Source: Spirogloea muscicola (lineage: Eukaryota). Taken from it: a DNA stretch of 39,736 nt. The position numbers were made by a program, and so were the translations under genes. Each line of letters begins with the position of its first letter. The stretch's first letter is position 1. Below are positions 9,291 to 19,600 of this stretch, piece after piece. Below the pieces are notes generated by a model that saw nothing but the letters and a program-made list of their open reading frames with translations, was not told where the DNA came from and made no database searches. The stretch covers positions 395,033 to 434,768 of the forward strand of contig WELB01000005.1 in assembly GCA_009602725.1 (NCBI GenBank). The letters run 5' to 3'.

Positions 9291-10307
9291 GGCTACCGCC
9301 TACCTAAACGTACACGGCCTATGGCAGTCGCTGGCTGAACCTCCTGCATTGGCTTGCCCGGCAGGCCATCGATCGGCGGTCGGGTCAGCCAGGAAAGAGG
9401 AGTGTGTATTAAGAGATGGAGGGCCTGTGTGGCAAAGTACATAGGCAAGCACTTTGACAAATGTACGTCAACTGCTGCTAAGCTGACCCGCTCAGTACCC
9501 ACGAGTCAGCCAGGGGAGCTGCCGGGCCTTTAATTGCTCGCCCATAGAAAAAGAGGGGCTAGCAAAGCCAGCCCAGAAAAGAATGGACTGTATCCAAAGG
9601 CCACATAGGCCACAAAACGATGCCGAAAAAGAAAAAACTACATACCAGGACACCGAATGATGCAGATAGATGCTCAGTATCCACGGGTGAGCAACAGCAA
9701 ATTAGATTTAATCGAAGCAGGAAAAGCGGCACCCCATCGAGACCCTGAGGCAGCAGCCATAGTGCGGCCGGCTTTAAGGCTGCCGGCTCGCTCGCGCAGG
9801 TCTTCCGTATGCGGCTCTCCAGTGCTCCCTGGCTCAAGCAGTCTACTCGCGCGCCGCGCTATGGCTGCTACCTCTGGGTCTCGACGGAGTGGCTCTTTCC
9901 CAGCTGAGAGTTACTCGGACTTGCTGCTGCTCATTCGTGGGTGCTGAGCTTCAATCTGCCGTCGTGTAGTGTCTAGCTGTGTGGTATTTCTTTTCGGCAC
10001 CCTCTGGCTCTTTGGACCTTGTCCCTTCTTTTGGGCTGGCCCTTCCCAACCCCTGCCTTCTATGGGAGAGCACTGTCCTTGCCAAGAGTAGAAAGGGTGA
10101 ACAAGGTCAAAAAGCCGAAAGAGAAGTGAAGAGAGGCGAAGAGCCATGTTAAGGAAACAGGGACAGTGTAGGAAGGGCAAACCCCCGCTAAGGAGAGAGA
10201 AGTGGCAAAGAAAAGTTCGTGTAGTTGAAATGAACGAAGGCCAAATGGCCAAGTACAAAGGCAAGCACATCTATAGACCTACATAATCCCTACAGCAGAT
10301 TGACCGC

Positions 10308-10945
10308 TCAGTAACCACGGGTCAAAACATAGAGGTCGCTAATCGATGCCTGAATACTAGATGGCAGACACGAAGCCCTTCTGCCACCAACTAGAGCTCG
10401 CCCAGCTTTCTGGTGCAAACTATGAGACTGAGCACACTGCAAACAGGCCGAAACTCGACTTCGCAAGAACGACAGATATGCAGCTGGCAAGCCCATCTTA
10501 GCCGGGAACACATCTGCATGTCGTGTGTAGCCTATCTTGGCAATATTTTGAAGAAGAGTGTAAAAACGGGGACCTAAGCAGCCAAAACTGTCGACTGCTG
10601 CTGGCAGAAGCTGATCGCACGGGGGGTTATCGGAGTAATGCTGCAGCTTTCTTTGTTCGGCACCAGCCACTGTGTGCCAGCGATGTCGGCCGATGCTGGA
10701 CTTTTATAGGCCTCCGTAACAAGAACATCGACCAAGGCCCGTTGTCCTCCACCAGGTTGCACGCCCACAATGTCAAGTGTGCGGCGATGATGACGTCCCT
10801 GGGCATCCGTGGTGATAGGCAGAATGTTGTTCACTTCCACGACCGCTCGGTACCCGGCATCGCGCATCAAACCCGCCAGGGCATCGCGAAGGAGGTTGTG
10901 GATGCCCACCACTCCTGGTCCAGTGGGGCATCGCAGCATGTGAGT
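10308..10945 (-). pseudogene. Best-preserved CRE-like Zn-knuckle/restriction-like (PD-D/ExK-type) endonuclease domain; one frameshift near 10670
   Basis: HMLRCPTGPGVVGIHNLLRDALAGLMRDAGYRAVVE...RRTLDIVGVQPGGGQRALVDVLVTE.../VAGAEQRKLQHY...LLPAAVDSFGCLG...RVSACLQCAQ...SDLYVLTRGY*. This follows the HxxxC..G..(R)HNxxRD...AG...E...D...DVxV...KxxKY...PxxxxxxG...R.S..LQ pattern I recall for CRE-clade non-LTR C-termini. Confidence 0.8.
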
Positions 10946-11014
10946 GGCGAGCTCAGCACCCTCTGCACGGAAGCCGCTAAGGAGAGAGGCTCAAGCAGTA
11001 ACCTTCACTAACAC

Positions 11015-11153
11015 TGTAACGGGCCAGACCCAGGGCGGAAAGGGTACCCCGCAGGGTGTGACACCCGTCCGGTTCCCGGTATTTATGGGCATCGTCTATT
11101 ACATCATCCGCTAACCGCGGGCTACTGATTATCGATTAGCCCTATCCGCTACA
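11015..11153. mobile_element. Possible 139-bp solo LTR or small TG...CA element
   Basis: Begins TGTAACGG and ends CCGCTACA (7/8 inverted match). Flanks are ACAC and ACAT (3/4). The interior does not resemble the surrounding family. Single copy in the window. Confidence 0.3.
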
Positions 11154-11274
11154 ACATGCTCCAACTGCCCGTTTCTCTGACCTTGTACATTTCATTGGGC
11201 TGGCCTGTCCTCTGGATGGGCTTATTTTCTTTTCAGACCCCTCGCAACCTTTAATCGAGTAAATATTTTCGTAT

Positions 11275-12025
11275 ACAAGAAAGTGGCTCTCCTCCCAAAG
11301 GGGGCGAGGGCTGTGAACAGCCAGCCCGAGAGAAATAAAGCCCGAAACCCATAGCAGGCTCTTGTAAAATAGTGGCTCTTCATGGCATGGAGTATGTATT
11401 GAGTGATGGAGGGCCTGAGTGGCCAAGCACAAGGGCAAGTACATTGACAGATATACATCACCTGCTGCTAAGCTGACCCGCTCAGTACGAAGAGTCAGCA
11501 CATAGAGGTCGCTAACTGATGCCCGAATACCGGACGGCAATAGACAAGCCCTTGTGCCCCCAGCTAAGGCTCGACCAGCTCTCTGGTGCAAAGCATGAGC
11601 TGAGCTCGCTGCTGGCAGGCTGACATATGACGTCGCAAGAACGACAAGTAGGCTGCCGGCCTGCCCATGTGGGCTGGAAGCATACCCTCAAGTCGTGCAT
11701 ATCCTAGACTTGCGATGTTCTCAAGTAAAGAAAGCAGCTCTTTCAAATTGTTAGCGACGCCTGTGAGAGTAAGGTTTACCTCAAGTAAGGTGTGACAACG
11801 AGGACCAAAGCAGCCAAAGGTGTCAATTGCGGCTGGTAGGAGGTAATCGCTTCGGTGGTAGTAAGATTAGTGCTGCAGCTTTCTCTGCTCTGCACTTCCT
11901 ACTTCGTGGCCAGCAATGTGGGTCGATGCTGGACTCTTGCATGCCTCCGTCACAACCTCATCGACCAAGGCTCGTGGACTATCGGAAGCTTGTTAACCCA
12001 CAATGTCTAGGGTGCGATGGTGATG
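11275..12025 (-). pseudogene. Second, more decayed copy of the 10308-10945 subfamily, with 3' UTR
   Basis: HHHRTLDIVG*...RALVDEVVTEACKSPASTHIAGHEVGSAEQRKLQH*...LLPAAIDTFGCFGPR [~60-bp insert] LLSLLENIASLGYARLEGMLPAHMGRPAAYLSFLRR.../HQRAGRALAGGTRACLLPSGIRASVSDLYVLT. Terminal hairpin and GAGAGCCACTTTCTT at ~11275-11335. Confidence 0.8.
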
Positions 12026-12624
12026 GCGTTCCAAAGGGGGCGGGGGCTGTGAAAACCCAGCCCAGAAAGAACGAACAACGCTATCAACAAAGAAAGTAGC
12101 TCCCCCAGGCCCAAAGGAATGAACAAGTTAATATACATTTCTTCCTGGCCCTGGCCAGGAAGAAAGTGCTCTCTCAATGAAAGTGGCTCTCCCGAAGGAC
12201 AACAGCTCGTCCAGTATAAGGCAGGGGCTGTGAATGGCCAGCCCAGGTGAACAACAGCTCTTCCACTGTAAGGCGGTGGCTGGGAATAGCTAGCCCAGAA
12301 CGAAACAGCGGTTCCAAATTGACAGCAGAGAACGAATGGACAAGGTCCAAAGTGGGCAAGGGCTGTGAACACGTCTTAGCGTTTAGTATCTTGCGCCATC
12401 CGGCCATTTCAGACCTTGTCCATTCCTTTGGGCTGGCCGCTCACACTTCTTCTCACACCACTGCTCTCACTTTGGACGCGCTTTGAAAGCAAGCGCGGCC
12501 AGAGTAACTGGTGGTTCGCTTTTTGGTGCGAACAGCCGACCCAATTGACCAAAAAGGTCCCAGGCTATGGAGGAGGTGAGGTTCGGTAGTCAGCGGGTAG
12601 CCGCCTATGTAACGGTCGATAACC

Positions 12625-13098
12625 CTACTGACCACCCGGCTGCCGACGAGTTCGTCCCCCTGGCTGTGGACGTGCATGGGGCTCTCGGATCCCACTGGCT
12701 CGACCTGTTGGCCAGGCTTGCACGGCGCGCTGTGTCCCGCAGGCGCGGTGAGCCGGCTGACTTCAACGCCGCTGGCTCGTGGGCTCAGGTGTATCGTATG
12801 CGCTTGTCCGTCTCCCTCCAGCGGTCCATGGCCCACGCCTTGCATCTGCGTGCTGGCCGTGCTCTCGCTGCGGCCTCCGGCTTTCGTCAGGGGGATAGTT
12901 TACCGGCAGCTAGTCTGTCGGATGTGAGGCTCCTCACTCGTAACTACTAAGTGGTCCATCCTCCCCCGTTCTGCCATAGCCTCTTCAGGCCCCGCAGTCG
13001 CTGCTTAGCTCGTAGTTTGGCCCCTTCGAACCTTGTCAATTCTTTTCGGGCTGGCTTCTCACAGCCCTTGCCCCCATTGGGAGAGCCACTTCTTCTTC
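12625..13098 (+). mobile_element. Young truncated CRE-like copy with open C-terminal frame and full 3' UTR
   Basis: DHPAADEFVPLAVDVHGALGSHWLDLLARLARRAVSRRRGEPADFNAAGSWAQVYRMRLSVSLQRSMAHALHLRAGRALAAASG...LSDVRLLTRNY* (stop 12948-12950). Ends GGGAGAGCCACTTCTTCTTC. Confidence 0.85.
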
Positions 13099-13360
13099 TA
13101 CTTACCAGAGACCGGGCGCCTTGTCCCGCTCTGGACCTCTTGCAAGATGAATAACAAAACCACGATCATTAACCTTGTCTACCTCCTTCTTGGCCTCTTG
13201 CAGCCATTGCCTTCGTTCGGAAAAGCTGCTGCTTCTCTCTATCGACTTTGTACTAGTGCCACACTGGCCCTCCACTGAATCACCAGCCGTGTTACTACTG
13301 ACTAGACCCTGTTGCATTCGTTACTTTCCCGAAGGCAGGTCAGGCGGGTCTAGCTGCAAT

Positions 13361-13394
<34 letters not shown>
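13361..13394 (+). repeat. (CCG)n microsatellite upstream of the CAND1 ATG
   Basis: About 10-11 CCG units, seen directly. Confidence 0.9.
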
Positions 13395-13395
<1 letters not shown>

Positions 13396-13638
13396 TGCCG
13401 ATGCCGCCGCCCTTGCCGCGCTGGCGCGCCAGCTCGCCTGCCGAGATGCGCCAGAGCCGGGGGCCCTTCTCGAGGCGTGGCTGACGGCGCCTCGCCGCCG
13501 CTGCTGAGGCCGTGGTATTCCAGCTGGCCCCTTTTAGCAGCACACCTATGGCGGACTGCGACGGCCACAGCGATTTGTATGACCGCTGACAGACCCGGAG
13601 AAGAGTCTTTGGAGCTGCTGCAGATCAGGGGGGCCAAC

Positions 13639-16600
13639 ATGGCGACACTGGCGGTTGGCTTGATCTTGGAGAAGGTGCGTGTCTGTGCAGCGCAGATTCC
13701 GGCCTGCTGAGGTCACACTTAGTGCAGCCGGTCGTGCATGCGGCAATTCGACTTGGTCGGCATGTCCTGGCACTCAGGCTGTCAATATATACACCATCTA
13801 GATTTACATGGAGTGGTCTCTGTTGTCAACTACAGCTTCCTGCTAGCCTTTGCCAGCTGAGCTGCCGGGAAGTGCGACAAGCTATGTCTCCTTGATTGTA
13901 AAGCCTACTGAGAGGCTGCGTGAGAGTGATATTTACCGGAAGTCATTGAGTATGTTCAGATTGCTTCTAAAGACAAGGATTTCCGCTATATGGCCACCTC
14001 CGACTTACTGAACGAGCTTCAGCGGGACACATTTAAGGCCGACCCGGAGACTGAGAGGAAGGTGTCCCAGATAGTCTTGCAGCAGCTGGAGGACGCCTCT
14101 GGCGATATTTCAGGGTTGGCTGTCAAGTGGTGAGCTCTTGGTAGTACTGTATTAGTTGCATTGCAAGAACAGCTGGTAGTGCACATCCAAAGTTCCACAA
14201 CAGAGTTAGCCTTCTGGTTGTCGGCGGCCTCTTCCTTTGAAAGAGGATTGCTAGTAAGGCCCTTCTCAGTACTTCAAGCATTGTGACACCATCTAAAGCC
14301 TGCCAGTGCCTGCTACTTTCGTCCTAAGATAGTCACTTTTTCGCTGCACCAGTCTTACTCCGCTAGTGAAGAAGGTGAGTGAGGCACGGGTTGTAGACCT
14401 TGTGGAGAACCTGAGCACGAAGCTGCTAACAGGCAAGGAGCAGCAGAGGGACATTGCAAGCATTGCCCTCAAAGTGGTTGTGGCAGAGCTACCTGGTGGC
14501 CAGGTTGCAAACTCTGTGTTGCAGAGCTTTACGCCCAAGCTGATAAAGGGCATTGCTGCTCCAGTGAGCACCACCAATACTCCGTCCCATTGTGTGCTGC
14601 TGCTGATTGTGTGCTCTTGGAAGTGAAGCTCTCGCAAGGTCTCAAGAGTATTGGGTATAAGTTCCAATAGTACGCTATAGGAAGTGATTTGTGCACAGGG
14701 GGACTTGTCACTTGCATCAGTGTTGCACCTGGCACTCGCAATCACATGTTGGCGGCTTCTGCCGTTTCATTGTAGGTGTTGTCATCATAGCTCGTGTATG
14801 GTGCCTCATGTCATGGCTGAGTGGGTGGCAGGAGACGAGCACAGAGGTCAAAAGCGACTGCCTCGACCTGCTTGCTGATGTCCTCCAGAGGTTTGGGTGG
14901 ATGATGATGGAGCAACACAAGCAGATGCTTGATGCCCTCCTCGTTCAGCTGGATTCTCCTCGAGCTGGGCTCCGTAAAAGAGCTATTCAATGCCTAGGTG
15001 TGCCACCTTGGTCACAAAGCCTTACTGTAGACTGCCAGGATGTGACAGCAGGAAAACGGAGTAGTCACTCCTCTTCTGCGATCCACTGGTTTAGTGGGAG
15101 GGTGTTCATCTTAATTTCCTCTTCTGGACAATGCCAGCCTCTGATGTTACCAACTATAGTAGCCATTGGATGGTTTTGTAAAGTGCACTTGCTAGCTGCA
15201 AGTCACATTTGCAATCTATCTGCGCCTTGCCTTGCTTCATTGTCTAAGGTCTACCTTTCACACTGGATGTCATTTTTTCTCACAATATCCTGCCCAATCT
15301 GCTACTCGACCAGTCCCAAGAATGACCAGTACACAGAGAGCTTGTACTTTCAGTCTCAGCAGCTGCAGTTGGTTTAATCCTGACTCCATACTTTCCAAGG
15401 GGACGTGATCTTGCAAAGGTGCATGTGAGGGTCCAGCAGAGATATCGTCATGCCACTACTGATGTCACTTTCCTCTGGTTGCAGCAAGTCTTTCCTCAAG
15501 TATGTCAGATGCCCTACTTTTGGGAGTCACGAGGGCGATTGTGCAACAAATGGTGAAGGCGAAATCCAAAGTGGATATTGTTCGCTCATACATTCAGATG
15601 ATTGGAGCTCTCTGGTATGTCCCTTAGCTCCACAGTGTGGTCTTGAGTGTCTGACAAGGTCCGTGTCAAGATGCGTATACTTTCACTCGCGGGCTCTTTA
15701 ATTGGCTTGAGCTTGTGACTGCAGTCGAGCTGTTGGGTACCGTTTTGGCCCCCACCTTGCTGAGCTCGTACCTCTACTTACATCCTACTGCAAGGAGGCA
15801 TCAGAAAGTGATGACGAGCTTCGAGAGAATAGCCTTCAGGTTGGTGCACATTATTAAGTGGCATGTCTTTCTGCATCCAGGAGTCTTCTGGATTCAGCTA
15901 CTCGCAGAGGCTTGTGTCAATGGATCTTGATGAAAAGGACTAACAGGGCTGTGTTGATGGATCATCTTGTAGGCTCTTGAAAGCTTCGTTCTTCGATGTC
16001 CTAAAGATGTGGCTGAGCATTGTCCCTTGATACTGGAGCTGGCGCTAGAATACTTAAGCTATGACCCAAATTTCACTGACGACATGGATGAGGATCACGA
16101 TGAAGACTTGGAGGATGAAGATGAGGCAGAGTAAGGAACTTCCTGTATCTGCCAATCTGTAATTACAAGCATCACGTCAGTCGTTTCATTCGTCAACTTT
16201 GCTAGTCGCCTGGAAAGGAGCCAGATCAAGTGATCATTACTATCTTGTTTTGTTTGATCATCATTGTCTAAGCAAGATATACTGAGAAGGCCAGAGCACT
16301 TTGTCAAGTCAAGTAATGCTCTCAGTGGAGTCTAATGAGATTTTGCTTGGTTGGTAAGGTCTCAAAGTGTGTCAGTGCACTGCCGCATCACAGGGAAAGT
16401 GCTGAAGAGTACAGTGACGATGAAGATGTGAGCTGGAAGGTCAGAAGGGCTGCTACCAAGTGTTTATCAGCTCTTATTGTCTCAAGGCAAGAGATGATCG
16501 CAACCTTTTACAGCAAGGTCAGTCAGTCAATGACCACCCATCATTTTGTGTGTTGGTATCTCTGCAATAGACATCTGCATTTGGGTTGGCAAGACTTCTG

Positions 16601-19600
16601 TGCATATGAAGACCGCAGTGTATGGAATCATCCGTTTGGACTGTGCTGAGCCTGACAGGCTTCACCCAAAATTATAGAACGATTTCGCGAAAGAGAAGAG
16701 AACGTCAAGGTCAGCTACAGTGCACTATCTCCAGCACAACCAACTATCTGGCACAAACAAGTAGCTATCTCCAGTTTATGGTGTTTGATGCAGGCAACCC
16801 GATTGACTTCTGAAGGCCAGACGGCTTGTTGATGTAGATAGATGTCTTCAACGCATACGCGGACCTTCTTCGACAAACAGGGCTTGTAACCAAGGGGACT
16901 GCAGAACCGTACCCCCTCTCATCGTAAGCAATCTTGTCAGCTTGGAGTTGCCTAAGTATTGCTTTCGCTGAGTACATTTCATTCTATTATTTGGTCTAAA
17001 TCGGGAAGTTTGGTAATTTGTGCCGTCTCTTCAGGAATTTCTTCGTAAAACGATTCATGTATTGACCTGTAATTGATCAAGTATGCAATAGCCAGTGGAC
17101 AAATTTGTCTGACATCCCGTACCTGTGTTCAATGCCCAGCAGTCCTTTAGACATGCTACGTCAGGAGGTTCCAAAGCTTGTCCGCGCGCTGAATAAGCAG
17201 CTTCGAGAGAAGTCGATAAAAACGCGGGTAGGCCCTGGCAGGGCTGTGCAAGACAGAGTGCCCTGTCTTGTTAGATCATTTTACAGCTAATACTACCATG
17301 ATGCTGACTTAGCTTGTGTAGACTTGTGAGAGGCAGCGATGTGCTCTGATGACTCTCTTTAGTGATCCATCTTATCAGATAGGTACATTTGGTGTACTAC
17401 GTCAATTGGTGCTTGTGCTACCAAACAGCATGGCAGATTACATTGCCTCCCTCATTCCAGGCATTGAGAAGGCTTTACAGGTGAGCTTTGAGTCATTGAT
17501 AGATGGGGGGCCTAGTAGCACATGCTGCGGATGTGCTCACCAGCGCTGCTCCAGATATCTCACTGGCTGTACTGATCACTCTCATTGGCTTGGTTGTTCG
17601 CGTGTGTCTGTGTATGCTCGTTTGAGCAGGATAAAGCTTCTACTTCGAACCTCAAGATAGAGGCTCTCATTTTCACGAGACTTGTTGTCTCTTCCCACTC
17701 CCCGCCACTTTTCAATCAGCATGTGAAGGTCCGTGGCTCTAAAAACATTTCCTAGAATGACTTGCTAGCATGACATCGACCTACTTCAGTTATCCAGTCA
17801 CCTTCCTGATCAAAATCCTTGCAAGCAATAGAAGACACCTCCTTAATTTTACCATGAATATCTGACCTTGAAAGATGGTATTGCAGGTCCTGTCCTCAGC
17901 AGTTCTAGCTGCTATGAGTGAACGTTACTACAAGGTCACAGCAGAGGCACTGCGTGTGTGCGGAGAGCTAGTGAAAGCTATCAGGCCATCCTTCAGCGAT
18001 GTGAGCATCAACAACATTGTAGTGAGAGGCTTGGCATTTTCTCCTGAATGCTAAAATGATGTGCTGAGAAGGAGACTACACAAGGAAACAGCACTGTCTT
18101 GACTGATGACTTCCTACTGCTTGTTGTATCCTGCTGATTGCTCTTTGATACTCGAATTGCAGCCGCCAGAATTCGATTTCAAGCCTTATGTGCAGCCTCT
18201 GTATTCCGCAACCATGAAGCGACTCACTGCTCAAGACCAAGACCAGGTCTTTTCCCACATTGATGCTGTCTATCCACTTACATCTTAGTGGTTGTGTGCT
18301 GGTTGGTTGCCTCCAATATGTTGTCACTCTCATCTCCACGGCTTTGCATTTACCAGGAAGTGAAGGAGTGCACCATTACCTGCATGTGCCTGATCATCTC
18401 CATTCTGGGCGACAATCTGAAGAGGGAGCTGAAGACTTGCCTTCCCTTGCTCTTGGATCGCCTGCGCAATGAGATCACTCGCCAGACAGTTGTCAAGGTA
18501 AGCAGCAGATGTGGAGTCCCTTTTGCCTGTTTACTTTACTGGGCAGTGTCTTCGTGGGCACTTCATTATGGCAGTCACTTGGGGTTGCCTTTACAGGTGT
18601 TACATTGTCAATCGCAGCCTGTGATTTTGCTGGTCCTGCTGACCCACTCTCACTTGACATGGTTGCAGGCTTTTTCTACAATTGCCGAGTCGCCTTTGGG
18701 AGTTGACCTCTCCCCTGTCCTGGAGCAAGTGCTGAGTGAACTCACATCATTCCTTCGAAAGGTACAACCGAGATGGAGCTTGCACTGCCGAATCGGCGGC
18801 TGTGCAGGTTGCCTGTGCTATGACTTCATGCAGGAGAGAGTCCACAAACTCATAGACTGTGTGACAAGCTAGTTGCTGTTGGTGTCTGGTGGAGCTATTC
18901 GAAAGCAGGCTTACATTTAGGCGTGATCTAGCTCATCATAAGGCCTTGCGTGTTTGCAGGCCAATCGGGCTCTTCGCCAAGCGTCCTTGGTCACAATCAA
19001 TGCCCTCCTTGCAAGCTACAGCAAGCAAGCCAGTGCTGCAAGCTATGCTGCCATCATTGAGGAGCTGTGCCCACTGATCAGGTTACTTGGAACATTCCTC
19101 AGATCATTGGCATTCATCTCCTCGGATGTTGTCGTAGGTCTGGCATTCATGCAGGTCACCGGTCACTGTGTCCTTCACAGTGTCATGCTTTTGATGACCT
19201 TGCTGTTATGGGACAGACAGGGTGCATCTCTTGGTGCAAATTATGTAGCTTGTTGCCTCCTTGTGTGCTTATGCTTGTGCTTGATATGTGGCAGTGATGT
19301 CGACCTTCACATGACTGCTCTAGTATTGGAGCTGTGCTGCACCATGATAGCAGACAGCGAAAAACATGCAGACTGTGGGTCCCTTATATGCGAGAAGGTG
19401 CTCCCGCAAGTACTCGTGGTCCTCAAGAGTTCATTGTTGCAAGGTCAGGCTCTTCAGGTACGTTTGACTCTTACTGCCCGTTGGTCACTCTTTTTAGGAT
19501 CATGTTCATACCAGTTGCGCCAAACAGTGACGTGCCTGACAAGCTGCTAGACAATCTTAGAGCTGGGGCCTTTTAGTTGCGGTAAGAGTATTGAAGCTCA

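Larger units (their letters stand above)
8355..13100. mobile_element. Cluster 2 of nested, truncated CRE-like retrotransposon 3' ends between divergent TTN9-like and CAND1 genes
   Basis: Pieces at ~8357-8430(+), 8431-8664(-), ~8775-8850(-), ~8860-8930(+), 8940-9290(-), ~9320-9393(+), ~9395-9510(-), ~9535-9772(-), ~9780-10075(+), ~10085-11000(-), ~11275-12025(-), stacked hairpins at ~12030-12370(-), and ~12625-13098(+). Confidence 0.85.

Noticed and set aside
1219..13100. Recurrent palindromic repeats read as a CRISPR array, REP elements or rho-independent terminators
   Set aside because: The context is eukaryotic, spacing and orientation are irregular, no cas genes are present, and the motif typically follows a retroelement stop codon.
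975..13100. An autonomous retrotransposon or intact stand-alone nuclease gene
   Set aside because: No RT motifs were seen, and every endonuclease copy is truncated, frameshifted or contains stops.
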